From Eledone cirrhosa (Eukaryota): a stretch of 64,000 nt of DNA. The notes beneath the pieces are model-generated. The model saw nothing but the letters and a program-made list of their open reading frames with translations, was not told the DNA's origin and did no database searches. Position numbers and translations under genes: made by a program. Location: contig OZ024741.1 in the NCBI GenBank assembly GCA_964016885.1, positions 204,538,001 to 204,602,000 of the forward strand. The letters are read 5' to 3'. Positions 39,309 through 52,189 of this stretch are shown here, in pieces. Every line of letters starts with the position of its first letter. The stretch's first letter is position 1.

Positions 39309-40065
39309 GTGAGTTTTTATCTTTAATCCCTTTTCATTTCAATAAGAGCAGAGCTAAATGTAAATAATATTTAATTCTTAAGAGTTTGTGAATCCTTAAA
39401 GATATTGCTTTACAGTTTGAGATTTTGTGATAAAAACATTTCAATTTTTAGATATTCTGTAAATGAATGGTTTTATAAAATAAACCATAACATGGCAAGA
39501 ACAAAAACTAAAAGAAAATATTTTGTTTTATATAGCTCCTATGAAGCTTTGTAGACATGAGTAAAAACATATTGGGATTAGTTTCTCATCTTAATTTCTT
39601 GGGGAATTTGTTTCAATTTTGCAGAAGCTGTAACTGATAAGGATTTTAATATCCTTAAACCCATATTTATTTCTTACATAGATTTAGATTTACCATGGTT
39701 TTCTTGAAACAATGTTTGTCAGCAGTTTGTCTCTACTCACTGGCATTTACCATGAAATTGTTAAATTATTCCAATAATTTTCCTTTTAATTTGCTAAAAA
39801 AATGGATTAATTCCAGAAAGGTTAATCACAAATCAACAATTCACACAAATATTTGAATTTACCTGCATCTGTTTATACAAAAAAATGCATACATAAGTAT
39901 TTAAACAGAAATAGTTCCGATGTTATGATTTTTGCTTTTTAGATTTGATTTCACTTTTTGTTTTTGTAAACTGTTATTTCAGTCAATTAATTTGTTTTGC
40001 ATTTTTTAAAGCTGTATTTATGTAAATGAGCTTGAGCTGGAATTGAAAGCACATAGTTTTCTTTT

Positions 40066-40243
40066 GGATTGGCAGTATCGGTAGAGGGTCGGACGCCATG
40101 CTTTGCAGCAAAGAGTTACGGCCCTTTATGGTCTGAGTTCAAATCCTGCCACGGTTAACTTTGCCTTTCATCCTTACGGGGTCGATAAAATAAAGTACCA
40201 GTAATACACTGGGATAATTGCTGGCCTTGTAGAAACAATTATT
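40066..40243 (+). mobile_element. Nin-domain-like SINE, young
   Basis: ggattggcagtatcggtagagggtcggacgcc...gagttcaaatcc...agaaacaattatt. Confidence 0.88.
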
Positions 40244-40728
40244 AGACCATGCTTTATCCATTGGAACCACAGCCTAATGGAGAAGTCCATTAGAATTGTG
40301 TGTGAAATAGTTTAAGAATTCAATCTCTGTGTAAGCACATGTACATAAACATATGAACTTTGTTGAACTAATAGAGGACCCTTTAGTGGTTGTTTTGACC
40401 TGTTAGAGATTGCAGCCAAATCTCTTTCAAATCTCATCTTTAAAAAAGGAGGCATTGAAGACTGTAGTTATGGATATACAAAACAAATTAAAATAACATG
40501 TAGATGTTCATAGTTTGGATGCCTTTGCTCCTAGGCCTGGTCAATTAAGTCTGACTCATGGCTAAACATCAAATATGGCACCTGATACTAAATAGAGATC
40601 AAACTTTAAAACACTCTCAGTAAACAGAAAATTTGAAGTTGAAAATGTTATTCCATTAATATGAAACTAATTTTTTTTAATTTGTCAAAAATAATTCTGA
40701 TGTCTTTGATATATTCTGTTCTTTGTAG

Positions 40729-40829
40729 AGGATCAGTTCTATGAATTGTATACACCTGAAGAAAAGGCTCGTCTCTATGACGCCATTGGTTATGAAGAAA
40801 ATGTCAATGAAGGCATTTTCCCGAAGGAG
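40729..40829 (+). CDS. VPS13: VPS13 exon w10
   Basis: ttgtag|AG...GAG|gtaatg; (Q)DQFYELYTPEEKARLYDAIGYEENVNEGIFPKE. Confidence 0.95.
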
Positions 40830-41340
40830 GTAATGTTTTGTTTAATCCATTAATTGTATTAAAATTCGTTTTAGGGTGAAAGAGAAATAGTTAATCTTCT
40901 TACTGTCCATCTCAACTTTGTCTTTTTTTCTTGATTAGCATTATGTTTGCCATAATTCCTCATTTGCCTTAGATGGTCAAGTACATGTCTCGGTGTACAT
41001 ATGTATATTATGTTGAATGAATCTGATCAATGTTGAGTAAAATACCTGTTACATCTACAGTCAGATGTCTTCACAAGTATTCAAAATCCTATACAGGTAG
41101 ACAAGTGAAGTTGTGGTGTATAAAAAAACATCATCTATATGACATAAATAACACCTATATTTGCCAAATTCTGTTGAATTTTGAAGTTAATTCAATAACA
41201 GCTTATGCTTTTCCATCATTTCAAATATTTTTTCAAAAAAATAAGTGAGTGCGTGAGAGAGAATTAATGACAAAAAAGATTTGTTCAGAATCATTTTGAA
41301 TATTTCAATTGAAGTGTTCAATTCTCTATTTAACTTTTAG

Positions 41341-41408
41341 TATGTTGCTGTCCAACTGGTCACTAAACTGAACTGTCTAGCTGTTGTCATAAAAGATGAT
41401 AACAAAAA
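41341..41408 (+). CDS. VPS13: VPS13 exon w11
   Basis: ttttag|TAT...AA|gtaaga; YVAVQLVTKLNCLAVVIKDDNK. Confidence 0.92.
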
Positions 41409-41552
41409 GTAAGAACCTTTTTTTTTCCCACTCTTTTAACATAATTTCACTTGAAGACCTATGATGTATTTTCTCAATATGTTCAACTTATTTTAATGAA
41501 ATTATTTTTGTTTTATACACCATTTTATATTTTTGTAATTTCTTCTTTACAG

Positions 41553-41630
41553 TCACTTTGATATTATGAAGCTACAACTGAATGAAGTATTTGCATCTGT
41601 TGCCCAGAGACCATCTGCTAATGCCCTTTT
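41553..41630 (+). CDS. VPS13: VPS13 exon w12
   Basis: ttacag|T...TT|gtaagt; (N)HFDIMKLQLNEVFASVAQRPSANAL. Confidence 0.93.
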
Positions 41631-41879
41631 GTAAGTATTTTGTGATGTTTTTTCCTTACCATATTTGTAATGAGAGACATTGTATATGATTTTGAATATC
41701 AATGATATAACTTTCTCATTATTGTTTGGCATATAACCCAGTCAGGATGAGCTCTGCATCTCCATTGCACTCTGAGTGGGAGCTGATGTCTGGTCAAGCT
41801 AAACCTGATCATTAAGTGAACCTTAGCTTGGATAAATATCCCCTCAGTTCTGAAGCTGGCTGGATTATCCAGAATTAAT

Positions 41880-42100
41880 GAGAAAAGACCAGATGGTTTT
41901 AACCTTTGTCCCTGGATAAGAGGCAGATGTCTCATCTGGGACGCTACAGTCAGTGACTCTTTTGCTCCTTCCTACATCATGGATGCCATGGTAAACAGCT
42001 TCTGTTGCCAAACAGAATAAAATCCCAAAATACCAGGAACTATCAAACAATTATTTTTTTCCAGCCTGTGGGATTCAAGACGTCTGGAGTTGGGCTACCA
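41880..42100 (+). mobile_element. CRE-clade endonuclease fragment (second, divergent family)
   Basis: EKRPDGFNLCPWIRGRCLIWDATVSDSFAPSY...ASVAKQNKIPKYQELSNNYFF / QPVGFKTSG with frameshifts. Confidence 0.78.
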
Positions 42101-42360
42101 ACTTATCTACTGGACCTACAAAAACTCAGTTCCGAATATATGGAGCATTATAAATATTTTATATAAAATGAAAGTGCATCGTATCTACATACATGAGTAT
42201 ATATATGGCATTTACATTGTGGTTGTTGTATTGTCTTTTTTCTCATTACCTGGTAAACCTTTTTATAGAGTGATTAAAATCTAATTAAATAATTTATTAT
42301 AACAGGTTGTAAATATTTGGCTGGTAATTTTTAACCATTTTCTTTGACTTTTATTATCAG

Positions 42361-42559
42361 GGTCAATACCTCTATGAAGCAATTAACAATATTTGGTTCA
42401 CCACAAAATAAACTTGTCCCAAAAATGATGAACTCAAAGATGAGTGATGTTGAGTCATCTGCTCTCTTATCTGTCAAATTTGAAACCAATCCTCTTGATG
42501 GTAACTGTGATACTAGAGTTATTGTGAATTCTGAACCACTGCAGATAATCTATGATGCT
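42361..42559 (+). CDS. VPS13: VPS13 exon w13
   Basis: tatcag|G...GCT|gtaagt; ...LLSVKFETNPLDGNCDTRVIVNSEPLQIIYDA (FETNP motif). Confidence 0.96.
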
Positions 42560-42692
42560 GTAAGTTATTTTTTTAAATATTATTTACTATCAAGTATTTA
42601 ATTAATTATATGCACATTTTTGCCTAACTCTTTCTGTCTTTTTCAGTTTGACATTGAACTTGTCTATATATTTTTTTAACGTTAATTTAAAC

Positions 42693-43009
42693 CAGGGGTG
42701 TGCAACTGGCGGCCCATGGGCCACAATCCAGCCTGCCGGACCAGTCAGAGTGGTCCGCAATAACCATTTTTAATTTTTACCTTGTAGTAATTTAGAACTT
42801 TTTCCGTAACCATAATATAATTTTCTGTTAGTTGACCTATACTAAAGGGCTTCACTGATAGGGTTATGTGTGTTATAATTTTCCAGTTCCATGTTATGGA
42901 AAGAAGTTGTGGTGAATCTTTGGAATAGTGCTTAATAAATATCAATGGCCCTAATAGTTGTTCCAATGTTCAAAAGTGGCCCGCCAATGGAATATGTTGC
43001 ACACCCCTG
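42693..43009. mobile_element. hAT-Charlie-type MITE
   Basis: CAGGGGTGTGCAAC ... GTTGCACACCCCTG perfect 14-bp TIRs, internal ggccc motifs; decayed 8-bp TSD atttaaac/attcaata. Confidence 0.85.
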
Positions 43010-44703
43010 ATTCAATATTTTTAACCCTCAATATTTTTAACCCTCCAAAGAACATTAAAATTGACTGTGATAGTACTATTATACTATAAATTCTGTATAA
43101 CTAGAATCAGCTTTGTCTTCCATTATTTTGATAAAATAAATGGCAGCTATCTAAAGGTTTTGTTTCAATTAACTACATCATTCTTCTACGGAACAAAAGA
43201 GAACAAAATTTGCTGTGCACTTAGTTTATAAAATTGATTAAAAGAATTTTTTTATGATTAATGTATTTTACAATTTATTTCTTAATACTGGATGGCTGAG
43301 ATTAAGTTCAGTGGCTGTTAGTGTTTGATAAAGAAGAAATGTTATTTGAAAAATATCCCTAACGCTCAAGCAAAATGTCAAGATTAAAATATAATCCATT
43401 GTGATAAATAACACTACACTTTGCAAATTCCTCAACAATGTTAACCCTTTAGTTACTATATTTCTCATGAAATATAGTAACTAAAGGGTTTGAAGTTATG
43501 ATTGAAGAATTTGGAGGAATTTACTAAAATTGTTTCATTAAGATGCTATTTGTAACAAACATAACTTAACAAAAGGTCTTTATATAAAATTATTTTGGAC
43601 AATTTTATTTAAATAGGAACCTGTTAAAATGATGGTTTTGTTTCATAGAACCAGAGGTGATTTGGGGCAAGCTAGTAGCTACCAAATCAGAAGTGTCAGG
43701 AATGCAAGAATTGTACCTATAACATCCCATACATTTATGAAATGTCTTACAGAAGAGTGAGTGAGCAGAATTTGACGTTTAGAATAGGAAACAATTGGAA
43801 ATCCTTAATGACAGGAGAAATGCCAGTTGAATATATATGGTGCAAGGAAGGAAAACATAACATTAAGAACTGAAATGTTCATACACTTGTTGATAACAAA
43901 ATAAAAACCATTGTTACTATTACTAAAAGATCATTACCATTACCGTTTTACATCTATTTTCCATATTTACATAGGTTAAGCAGGTCATCATGATTGCATC
44001 TTACTCATATATTCCAAAGATAAAGTTAAATAATCTTAACTATTTGTACATGTACCATTGGCTTATTCAATGACTTTTGAATCCAGCCTGGGACAATGTT
44101 CATATTTATAAATATGAGACATAATGACTGCAGATTGAACTAATAAAAAATTGATTATAATGTAAACGTTGTAAATATACACTCTAAAGATGAAGTTAAT
44201 AGCTTGAAAAATTATCATCCTAAATAAAACTTCATAGAATTTTTAAATCACTATCACTTTCAACACTACAAGGGAGTCTATAAAAATGGCACCTGAAAAC
44301 AAAATTGGATTACATTGGTCAAAATATAGTTTTATTTTCACAAAAATGAACAGGTTAATGGTCTGAATAACCTTTTGATAGTTTAGAAGTAATTCATCTT
44401 CTGAAACAACAAACCAAAACACAGTCCATCTATCATGTAATAATGAGGTTTCAGTTCAAGATTTTGAATTTAAATTTGAACACTTTAATAGACATTTTGG
44501 GGCATGTTGGTATTGAAATAGTTAAAAAAATTAAATACAAACCATTTTCTTTCTCTTTAAAACCATGTATATTTTCTTTAGTTATTTATATATACTAAAA
44601 GTGAAATCCTATTTTATAATCCTTTTTTTTATAATGTGCATTGTTTTGTTATTTATATATTTAAAACCAAACATTTCTCTAATAGCTTTTTTTTTCTTTC
44701 TAG

Positions 44704-44762
44704 GTGACTGTCAATGCATTGACTGTATTCTTTAAGCCTCCTGAATCAGTCTATTTAAAACA
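44704..44762 (+). CDS. VPS13: VPS13 exon w14
   Basis: ttctag|GTG...CA|gttagt; VTVNALTVFFKPPESVYLK(Q). Confidence 0.93.
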
Positions 44763-45126
44763 GTTAGTATGAGTTATTTATTTTAAGTATTACAGTTACA
44801 TTTTTTGTCAGATGAAAAAGTACTGAATAAAGAAATAAGTAGAAAAACTGATTTCAAAAATCAAAGGAGATTTATTCAATATATCAATCAATGTAATAAT
44901 AGATGAAGAAAGAGGTTAGGTATTTTTGTGAGTTTCTGAAAAGTGGGGATGGATAGCTGCCAGAAATTGTAGATATACACAAAAAAAAGAGCAAGCAGCA
45001 ACAGTTGGTGTGTGTATTGGTCAGCATGAGTATGGAGGAAGGAGGACAACTGTATGAGCTGAAGGAATGAGTAGTGTGAGTGTGTATGTGTGCAAGGAGA
45101 GTAAATGGAGACAAGGATTTAGAAAA

Positions 45127-45220
45127 ATAATTGTTTCTACTTTTGACACAAAGCCAGCAATTACCCAGTACATTACTGGTACTTTGTTATCGACCTCGTA
45201 AGGATGAAAGGCAAAGTTAA
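45127..45220 (-). mobile_element. Nin-like SINE 3' half
   Basis: aataattgtttctac...aggatgaaaggcaaagttaa. Confidence 0.8.
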
Positions 45221-45776
45221 ATAATGGTTGCTGATACTAGGAGAGAAGTCACTCAGTTGAAAAATCAGTCATTATTCACAAAGCAGTTTAGTGGAAGTGG
45301 ATCAGCGTATTGTTATAGAAAATTGAAGACAAAACAGTGGTGAGAATGGTCTTAGGAGTTTAAAAGGTACCTGGCACATTCACCGGTTCTAGGGTTGTTG
45401 TGACATACACCAAGCAGATGCTCTCTAAACCAATTTCTCCTACCATATTCTCTATCTCTTAACATTTTGTAATAAGTTAGTAGAGAATATCTAAAAATAG
45501 CTTTGTTAATTCAAGTGTCTATAGTATCTTTACTGGTAAACAGATTATTGTAAGAACTTGCATTGCTAAAGTAAAGACTTTCATTTTTAATGTGATGCAG
45601 TCATAGTGCTGCATTATTTGTACTTTTTGAGAATGTCATGTTAATATAATTTCATGTGATACAGGACATTATGAGCTAAAATACACAAATCAAATTTGTT
45701 TTAGTCAGGAATTTGTTCCTTCTTGTAGAATACAAAAGCACTGTAACTTTTCCTTTCATTTTTAATTTCAATGCAG

Positions 45777-45929
45777 GTTATCACAGGCAGCAATGGCTAA
45801 ATTTAATGAAGTAAAACAGCTGTCTACCACTGGACTAAAACATGCAATTGATCAACACAAATTCACCGATATTTGTGTTTATTTGAAGTCTTCTTATGTA
45901 ATCGTGCCTGAAGGTGGCTTCAATCGCAA
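45777..45929 (+). CDS. VPS13: VPS13 exon w15
   Basis: atgcag|G...AA|gtaatt; LSQAAMAKFNEVKQLSTTGLKHAIDQHKFTDICVYLKSSYVIVPEGGFNR. Confidence 0.94.
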
Positions 45930-45997
45930 GTAATTATCTATTCTTAATTAACTAGGAGATTTATTTTATAATATGTATTAAAAACAAGAATTTGCCT

Positions 45998-46226
45998 TTA
46001 ACCCTTTAGCATTTAAATCGGCCATATCCAGCCAAAATTCTCTAACCTCTTTCTGTTTAAACCGGCTGCAACTGGCCACTCGTACTGATATTAAGATATT
46101 GCTCTCAAAATAAATAATATAAAAGTCTCATAGCTTCGATATTATGTGAAATAATTATGTGAGGTAAAGCCTTTACCACAAAAATTCAATAGTAAATATA
46201 GAGTAATGTAAATGCTAAAGGGTTAA
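45998..46226 (-). mobile_element. TTAA-MITE family 1, complete
   Basis: TTAACCCTTTAGCATTTA ... TAAATGCTAAAGGGTTAA. Confidence 0.92.
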
Positions 46227-46437
46227 AGAGTTTCCATTCAACATCTATTTCTGATGGAAACACTAAAAGTATTCCATAACACTTAGTGAACTTATATATA
46301 TGAGGAGTAAGAAAAGTGAATTGATTCAATTAGGAATCAGTCAAACAGATACAGATAGGCAAGAACTTACCTACAGAGCAGACAGTCTGATAAATATATT
46401 ATTGTTTTAAAGCATTACTTTATTTTTCTTCAGTTTA

Positions 46438-46925
46438 AATAATTGTTTCTACATTTGGCACAAGGCCAGCAATTATCCCAGTGTATTACTGGTACTTTAT
46501 TTTATCGACCCCCGTAAGGATGAAAGGCAAATAATAATTAATAAACTAAGTCGATATTGGCTGCCTGACATGGAAAGGAGTGATTGGAAGGAATGGCAAC
46601 CCTGATCTAAATACGAATGAAGAGGCCTTACTAGACTTCTGTTCTAGCAATGGACTCTCTATTATAAATACCTTCTTCCATAAATATACATGGTATAAGG
46701 GGATTATAGCAACAAAACTTTACTAGTACTTTATTTTATTGACCTTTGGAGGATGAAAGGTAAAGTTGACCTCAGTAGGATTTTAATTCAGAATGTAAAG
46801 AGCTATAATTGTTTCTACTTTAGGCACAAGGCCAGCAAATTACCCAGTACATTACTGCTACTTTATTTTATCAACCTCGTAAGGATGAAAGGCAAAGTTA
46901 ACCTCGGCGAGATTTGAAATGTAAA
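46438..46925 (-). mobile_element. Cluster of three Nin-like SINE fragments (46438, 46725, 46806)
   Basis: Repeated ggatgaaagg(c/t)aaa motifs; atgtaaagagctataat flanks the third copy as a TSD-like repeat. Confidence 0.78.
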
Positions 46926-47663
46926 GAGCTATAATGAAATACAGTGATAATTAAAATAATGAGCCAGTATGTTTTGTGTTCTTTCAGTAGCACTTTCCTG
47001 TATTTCATTACTTTGCAATAAATGCTCAACATGAATCCTCCTGCGAGCAAACTCTGTGATAATCTTCATATACAATCCAAGCAGAGAAGTATCTCTCAAT
47101 AAAGCCCATAAGAAAAGGATGTGAGAGGTTTATCCAGCGCATTGTTAAGGGTCCAGAAAGTCATGGTGGGGGCCTATAAATATCTGACAACCTCCACCTC
47201 AAAAAAACACTTTCAGCTCCCTTGAATTTTTAGAAGAGCCCTTTCATCTACAAAGAGCCTGAAAGCAGCTTTGTTCCACCTTACAAAGTTTCATTCAAAT
47301 GCTCTATCTCTTAACTACTTAGTACATTGAAAACTGATGTTAGCTGTGATATTTCCCAGTAAGTATAGTGGATAAAAAGACAAGATAAATATTTACTTAA
47401 ATATTTTCACAAGTGGAAATTGCATAATATGAAAAACTTCAACTTTTGATACTAACTTGCCTCAAGCTTCTCTTAGTTTTATGATACAAAAACGTTTGCT
47501 TTGAAGTATTTATATGTATCTAAAAAAACTTGCATCAGTAAGAAAGTTAGTTATATTACTAAATTCTTTCAAATTCTTGATTATTTTCAAAATTAATTTA
47601 AAATCATAAATTATATGATAATGAAAGGGTTAACTTCCTAACCTAATTTTACTTCTTATCTAG

Positions 47664-47745
47664 AAATGCTCGTCGGCTTATCCTAGACCTTGGTAACCTG
47701 AAAGTAAACAGTGAGAAAAACACCTCAGATTTCAGTGCATCACAG
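47664..47745 (+). CDS. VPS13: VPS13 exon w16
   Basis: atctag|A...CAG|gtaaat; NARRLILDLGNLKVNSEKNTSDFSASQ (LILDLG repeat motif). Confidence 0.94.
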
Positions 47746-47944
47746 GTAAATAATATATATTTCACAATATTGCAAAATTTAACAGGGTTTTTTAAATAAT
47801 TTTTATTTCAGTAATTGGAATGTTGTTGATCACAGGTAGCTTGTCTGTTTAAGGCTTAGGAAGTAGGTATAAAATTTAATCTTGAAGGTAGGTGTAGAAG
47901 CTATCTTCAATTTAGTATTTATGCTGACACTTAACTAAGACCAT

Positions 47945-48320
47945 AAATACAAGCATCCAAAATGAGGTTCTTCCGAAGAGTCTGGAGTAATATTACTTGG
48001 TAGCTTGGAAATCAGGGAGTTGCTCTAGGTAAAGCCACTACTTTTCTGTATTGGGAGATCACAAGCCTAGTACTATAAATATGTAGGTAAAATGTCTAAG
48101 GAAAGAATCACTGGACAGATTTTACAGGCAAAGCCAACTGGCAGTAGACCCAAAAGTGGAGCATCAGAAAGATAGTTGGATAACATCCATAACCTAGATT
48201 AGTTCTACTTGGAGATCCAACGAGATCATTTGGTCATGGTTTCTTCCCTCTGGGAGATGTGTCTGAGGGTGGTGCCTCCATGACCCTATTAGGAATAAGT
48301 GGGCAAGAGAAAAAAAGTGG
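47945..48320 (+). mobile_element. Rex3/Expander-like 3' fragment
   Basis: aaatgaggttcttccgaagagtc...aggcaaagccaactggcagtagacc...ggaataagtgggcaag; homologous to 712-1135. Confidence 0.75.
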
Positions 48321-48838
48321 ATCATAGGTCAACTCAGTAAAAGTGAACTTTATCTTGAAGAATAAAACTTTAAAATTGCTTCGCATAGTTTCTATTTCGG
48401 AGATAAAAAGTTTGTTAAAGATTTGATTGTTTACATTGAACAAAGCAACTATGTAAAATTACAAAAGGTGAGTTAAGGAAAATAACTCGAGTGGGCTAAT
48501 GGCATAAATCCAGATCTGGATGATGTATGCAAAAAAATTTAATGATTAGAAATTGGGCTTTTAGTTGGAGAAAGAAAATAAAAACCTAGTGGCAACAGTT
48601 AGCAACTTTGAAAGAAAAAGGGAGATAATTTTACGAAATTAAGTATAAAGTTCACAGAAAATTTAATGTTCATGCATATGGAGAAATATCTTATTTTTAT
48701 CAACAAAACAATGTTTTGGCTATGTTATAAGCATGATTTTAGAACATATTGAAGTATGGAATATCCAGCAGGTAAAACCTATACATACTTATGTCCTTTT
48801 ATAATGTTTAAACCTCTTATAACATTTCTACGTTCTAG

Positions 48839-48920
48839 TCAACAATCGAATTGCTTCAGTCAGCCTACGACAAGTTCAGTATTAAACTAGATAATATTCA
48901 ACTGCTGCTTGTTAAGCCAG
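48839..48920 (+). CDS. VPS13: VPS13 exon w17
   Basis: ttctag|TCA...CCAG|gtaaga; STIELLQSAYDKFSIKLDNIQLLLVKP (AYDKF motif). Confidence 0.94.
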
Positions 48921-49516
48921 GTAAGATCTTTTAGAGTATTTTTTATTCTTTTAAAATATTCTGTCATAAGACTACAGCCATACCGGAACAGTACTGGTGC
49001 TTATTTTATCGATTTCATTTTGTCAAACTGCTAAGTTACAGAACATAACTACACACACACATATACAACAAGATTCTTTAGTTTTCATCTACTAGGTTTC
49101 ACATGCAAAACATTGGTCAAGCCAAGACTGTAGTAGAAGACACATGTCCAAAGTGCCATAGTGAGAGTGAACCCAAAACCACATGATTCTGAAGCAAAGA
49201 GAGCCATGCCTGAATTTTATATTTTCAGTATCCCAACCCTTCATTTTTTTTTTTTTTTTTTTAGTTTATTTGGAATTATATTAAATATTGTGGCACATAA
49301 AATTTTACAATCCAAAACCAAATGCCTTCTTGTAATGGTAAACTTGTACTTCAATTAGTTTTCATCTCTGTAAATAATTAAGAAGCATTCAAATATGCAG
49401 GCAGAGCAATGGGATTAAGAAGCTTGTTTCACAATCATATTGTTTTAGGTTCAATCTCACTGAGTAAATTTTCTTTCATACGGTTGGAATTGAATATTCT
49501 ATAGGTCAGACCTCCT

Positions 49517-50730
49517 CATCATCATCATCCTTTTAACATACATTTTTCCTTATAGCAGGACCAAATCAGTAATGAAACAAAGCTACTGATCTCCCAGGCA
49601 TGCCAGGGATCTGTGTCTCACCTTTGACACAACTGAGGGTTCTCCCAACCCTTGGCAACATTTCTACAGCTGGGTGCATTTATCATTGTAAATTACCATG
49701 ACCTTGGCATGACTGAAGGGTCCACTCGGCCCTTTCTTTGGCAAGCTCTCCATGGCTGAATGTTATTCCTATCACCAACTATCAGCACTTCACGGGATCA
49801 GGGCAGCAGCTGCAAGAAATATGGGGGGGCTATTGAAGTAGTGATGTTGTGAATAGCTGTTAGAGAGTGTTAGTCATGGGGGGGGGGGGGGGGTAGGTCA
49901 GGTCAGATCATATTGTATGCTGCAGGTTGGGTCTTCTTCGGTACTGAATAGCACCAGCCCTTGTGATCTTTCATCATTCATGTTGCCAGGTTTAGCTTTT
50001 GTAGGTCAGCCTTCACAAGTTCATCCAATCTGCCTCTTCCGCAGGTCCCAACCACTGGGTTTTCTCTGCATTTCTTTATGAAGCTGCTATCTTTCATGCA
50101 CACCACATGTCCATACCAATGCAATCTTCTCTCTTGTACACTACATCCAATTCCTCATCTGTCAAGTTTTTTCTCTGTTTGCTATGTCACTCATGCACAC
50201 TAACATTACACATCCATCAAAATATACTTGACTCATTTCTTTCTAGTCTCCGCAGGTCTTCTGCAGTCAAGGCCTATGTTTCACTGCCATGTAGCATTGC
50301 AGTTCACATAAACATCATACAATCTACCCTTCACTCTGAGAAAAAAGTATTTTGTTGTAGTAAAAGTTGTCAACAACTTTTAGAGAGCTCCCCTGTGCAT
50401 CTGCTGCATATAAAGTCTATCTTTTCCGATAGCCTACCTGCAATCCCACTACATCTCTTGTGTGTCCATAATTTACATTGTGTGCACCTTGTGGAATTTC
50501 TGCCTCCCTTCCCCCATTCTGACATATTGAACAAAGTCACTTTCAGCAAGGAACATTCCTACTCTGCCCACCATGTTTTTGCCACCCATCCAGAAGAATT
50601 TGTCCCGGTGCTCCTTGTCTGTGATGAATCTTACTGCCTCACTTCTTGCACACAGCTACTCTTCCCCTCTCTAACATCTCCACAGTCTCACTGCACTTAC
50701 CTCTCATTGTTCTGATATTTAGTGTGACAA
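49517..50730 (-). mobile_element. RTE LINE, decayed with large internal deletions
   Basis: (ATC)n tail; WYGH, PHD-like and endonuclease-start (LRFVTLNIRTMRGKCSETVEML) remnants. Confidence 0.75.
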
Positions 50731-51178
50731 ATCTGAGATCCCATGTTTGATGGGAAAGGGGCTGCAAGGCTGTCTTTCTCTTTTCCTGGATTTTAGGGGT
50801 AGGAGGGGTACCCAAATGTTTGGGGATTTTCATGCATGTCAGGTTCTTTTGTTTTGTATTGTTTTGTTTGTCACACAAATGTATGTGGTCATCCCCTGTA
50901 CCAGCATCAGCAGTAGCCACAACCCTTCACTAAATCTTTTGAACCCTAAATGATGTTTCCAATGGAAGCTAATTTCTTTCCATGATAATGTTTAAAGCTC
51001 TCTAAAAATAAGTTTGAAAATTTGAGATTTATTTTCTTATATTATAAAAAGCTGCCACAATTCACATAATGACTATAAGATGGTTGAATAAGTTAGGTAA
51101 ATTCCCATTGGAGATTGAAAAAAGGTGGACACTAAGTTTAATAAACTGTTATTTCTTTTTTGTTTAATATATTATAAG

Positions 51179-51296
51179 GCGAGGATTGGCAATCTGCCAG
51201 ACAAGCAGGAAAATCCAAAATGCACATCTTGGAGCCTATTTCGATCAACTTGTTATTCCAAAAATGCATGTTTGATAATCAAGTACAACTTGCTAA
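51179..51296 (+). CDS. VPS13: VPS13 exon w18
   Basis: tataag|GC...AA|gtaagt; (G)EDWQSARQAGKSKMHILEPISINLLFQKCMFDNQVQLA. Confidence 0.94.
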
Positions 51297-51444
51297 GTAA
51301 GTGCAGTCATGTTTTCTTTATTTATTTTATTCATTCAATTAAAAAATAATCAAGTTTTATTTCGATGGTGGACTTTCTAGATTGGTTATGTGTTATTCCA
51401 AGAAATAAAACTAGAATAGTATTTGTTTCAAAGGATCACTTACT

Positions 51445-51669
51445 TTCACCCTTTAACATTTAAACCAGCCATATCCAGCCAGAATTTTCTCTCCTCTTTC
51501 TGTTCAAACCAACTGTAACTAGCCACTCATACTGACATTAAGGTATTGTTCTCAAATTAAATATCAACATCTCAAGATTCGATATTATGTGAGATAATTA
51601 TGTCAGGTAAAGTGTTTACTGTGAAAATATAATAGTAAATATAGATTAATGTAAATGCTAAAGGGTTAA
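51445..51669 (-). mobile_element. TTAA-MITE family 1, sharing its TTAA with a family 2 MITE (51666-51823)
   Basis: ccctttaacatttaaaccagcc...aaatgctaaagggttaa. Confidence 0.85.
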
Positions 51670-52017
51670 ACTTTTTGATACCAATTCACCTAAAACCACC
51701 TCTCTTGTTATGAAACAAAACCACCCATCTTAAAGGGTTCCTACTTAAATTAAAACCTTCCGACATAGTTTTATGTAAGAACATTTTGTTGTTACAAATA
51801 CAAATAGGTAATGAAAGAGTTAAAAAGTTTCATTTTTCGATGTTATAAGCTTGTTGCATTTCTTTTTTATAGATATATAATCAGTAACCCTACAAAAATA
51901 TATTTTTATACTACCTCTTTCTAATTCATGTCTTCTTCACTGTTTGTAAATCTAGTGTACTTTCATTTACGAGTAATTTAAATAAAATAGTAATGTATAA
52001 TAAATATATTTAGTTAA

Positions 52018-52189
52018 ATAATTGTTTCTACTTTTGGCACAAAGCCAGCAATTACCCAGTGCATTACTGGTACTTTATTTTATCGACCCCGTAAGGATGA
52101 AAGGCAAAGTCAACCTCGGCGGGATTTGAACTCAGATCGTAAAGGGACGTAACTATGCTGGAAAGCATGGCGTCCGACCCTCTACCGAT
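52018..52189 (-). mobile_element. Nin-domain-like SINE, young
   Basis: Reverse complement of the 40066 copy, CpGs retained. Confidence 0.88.
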
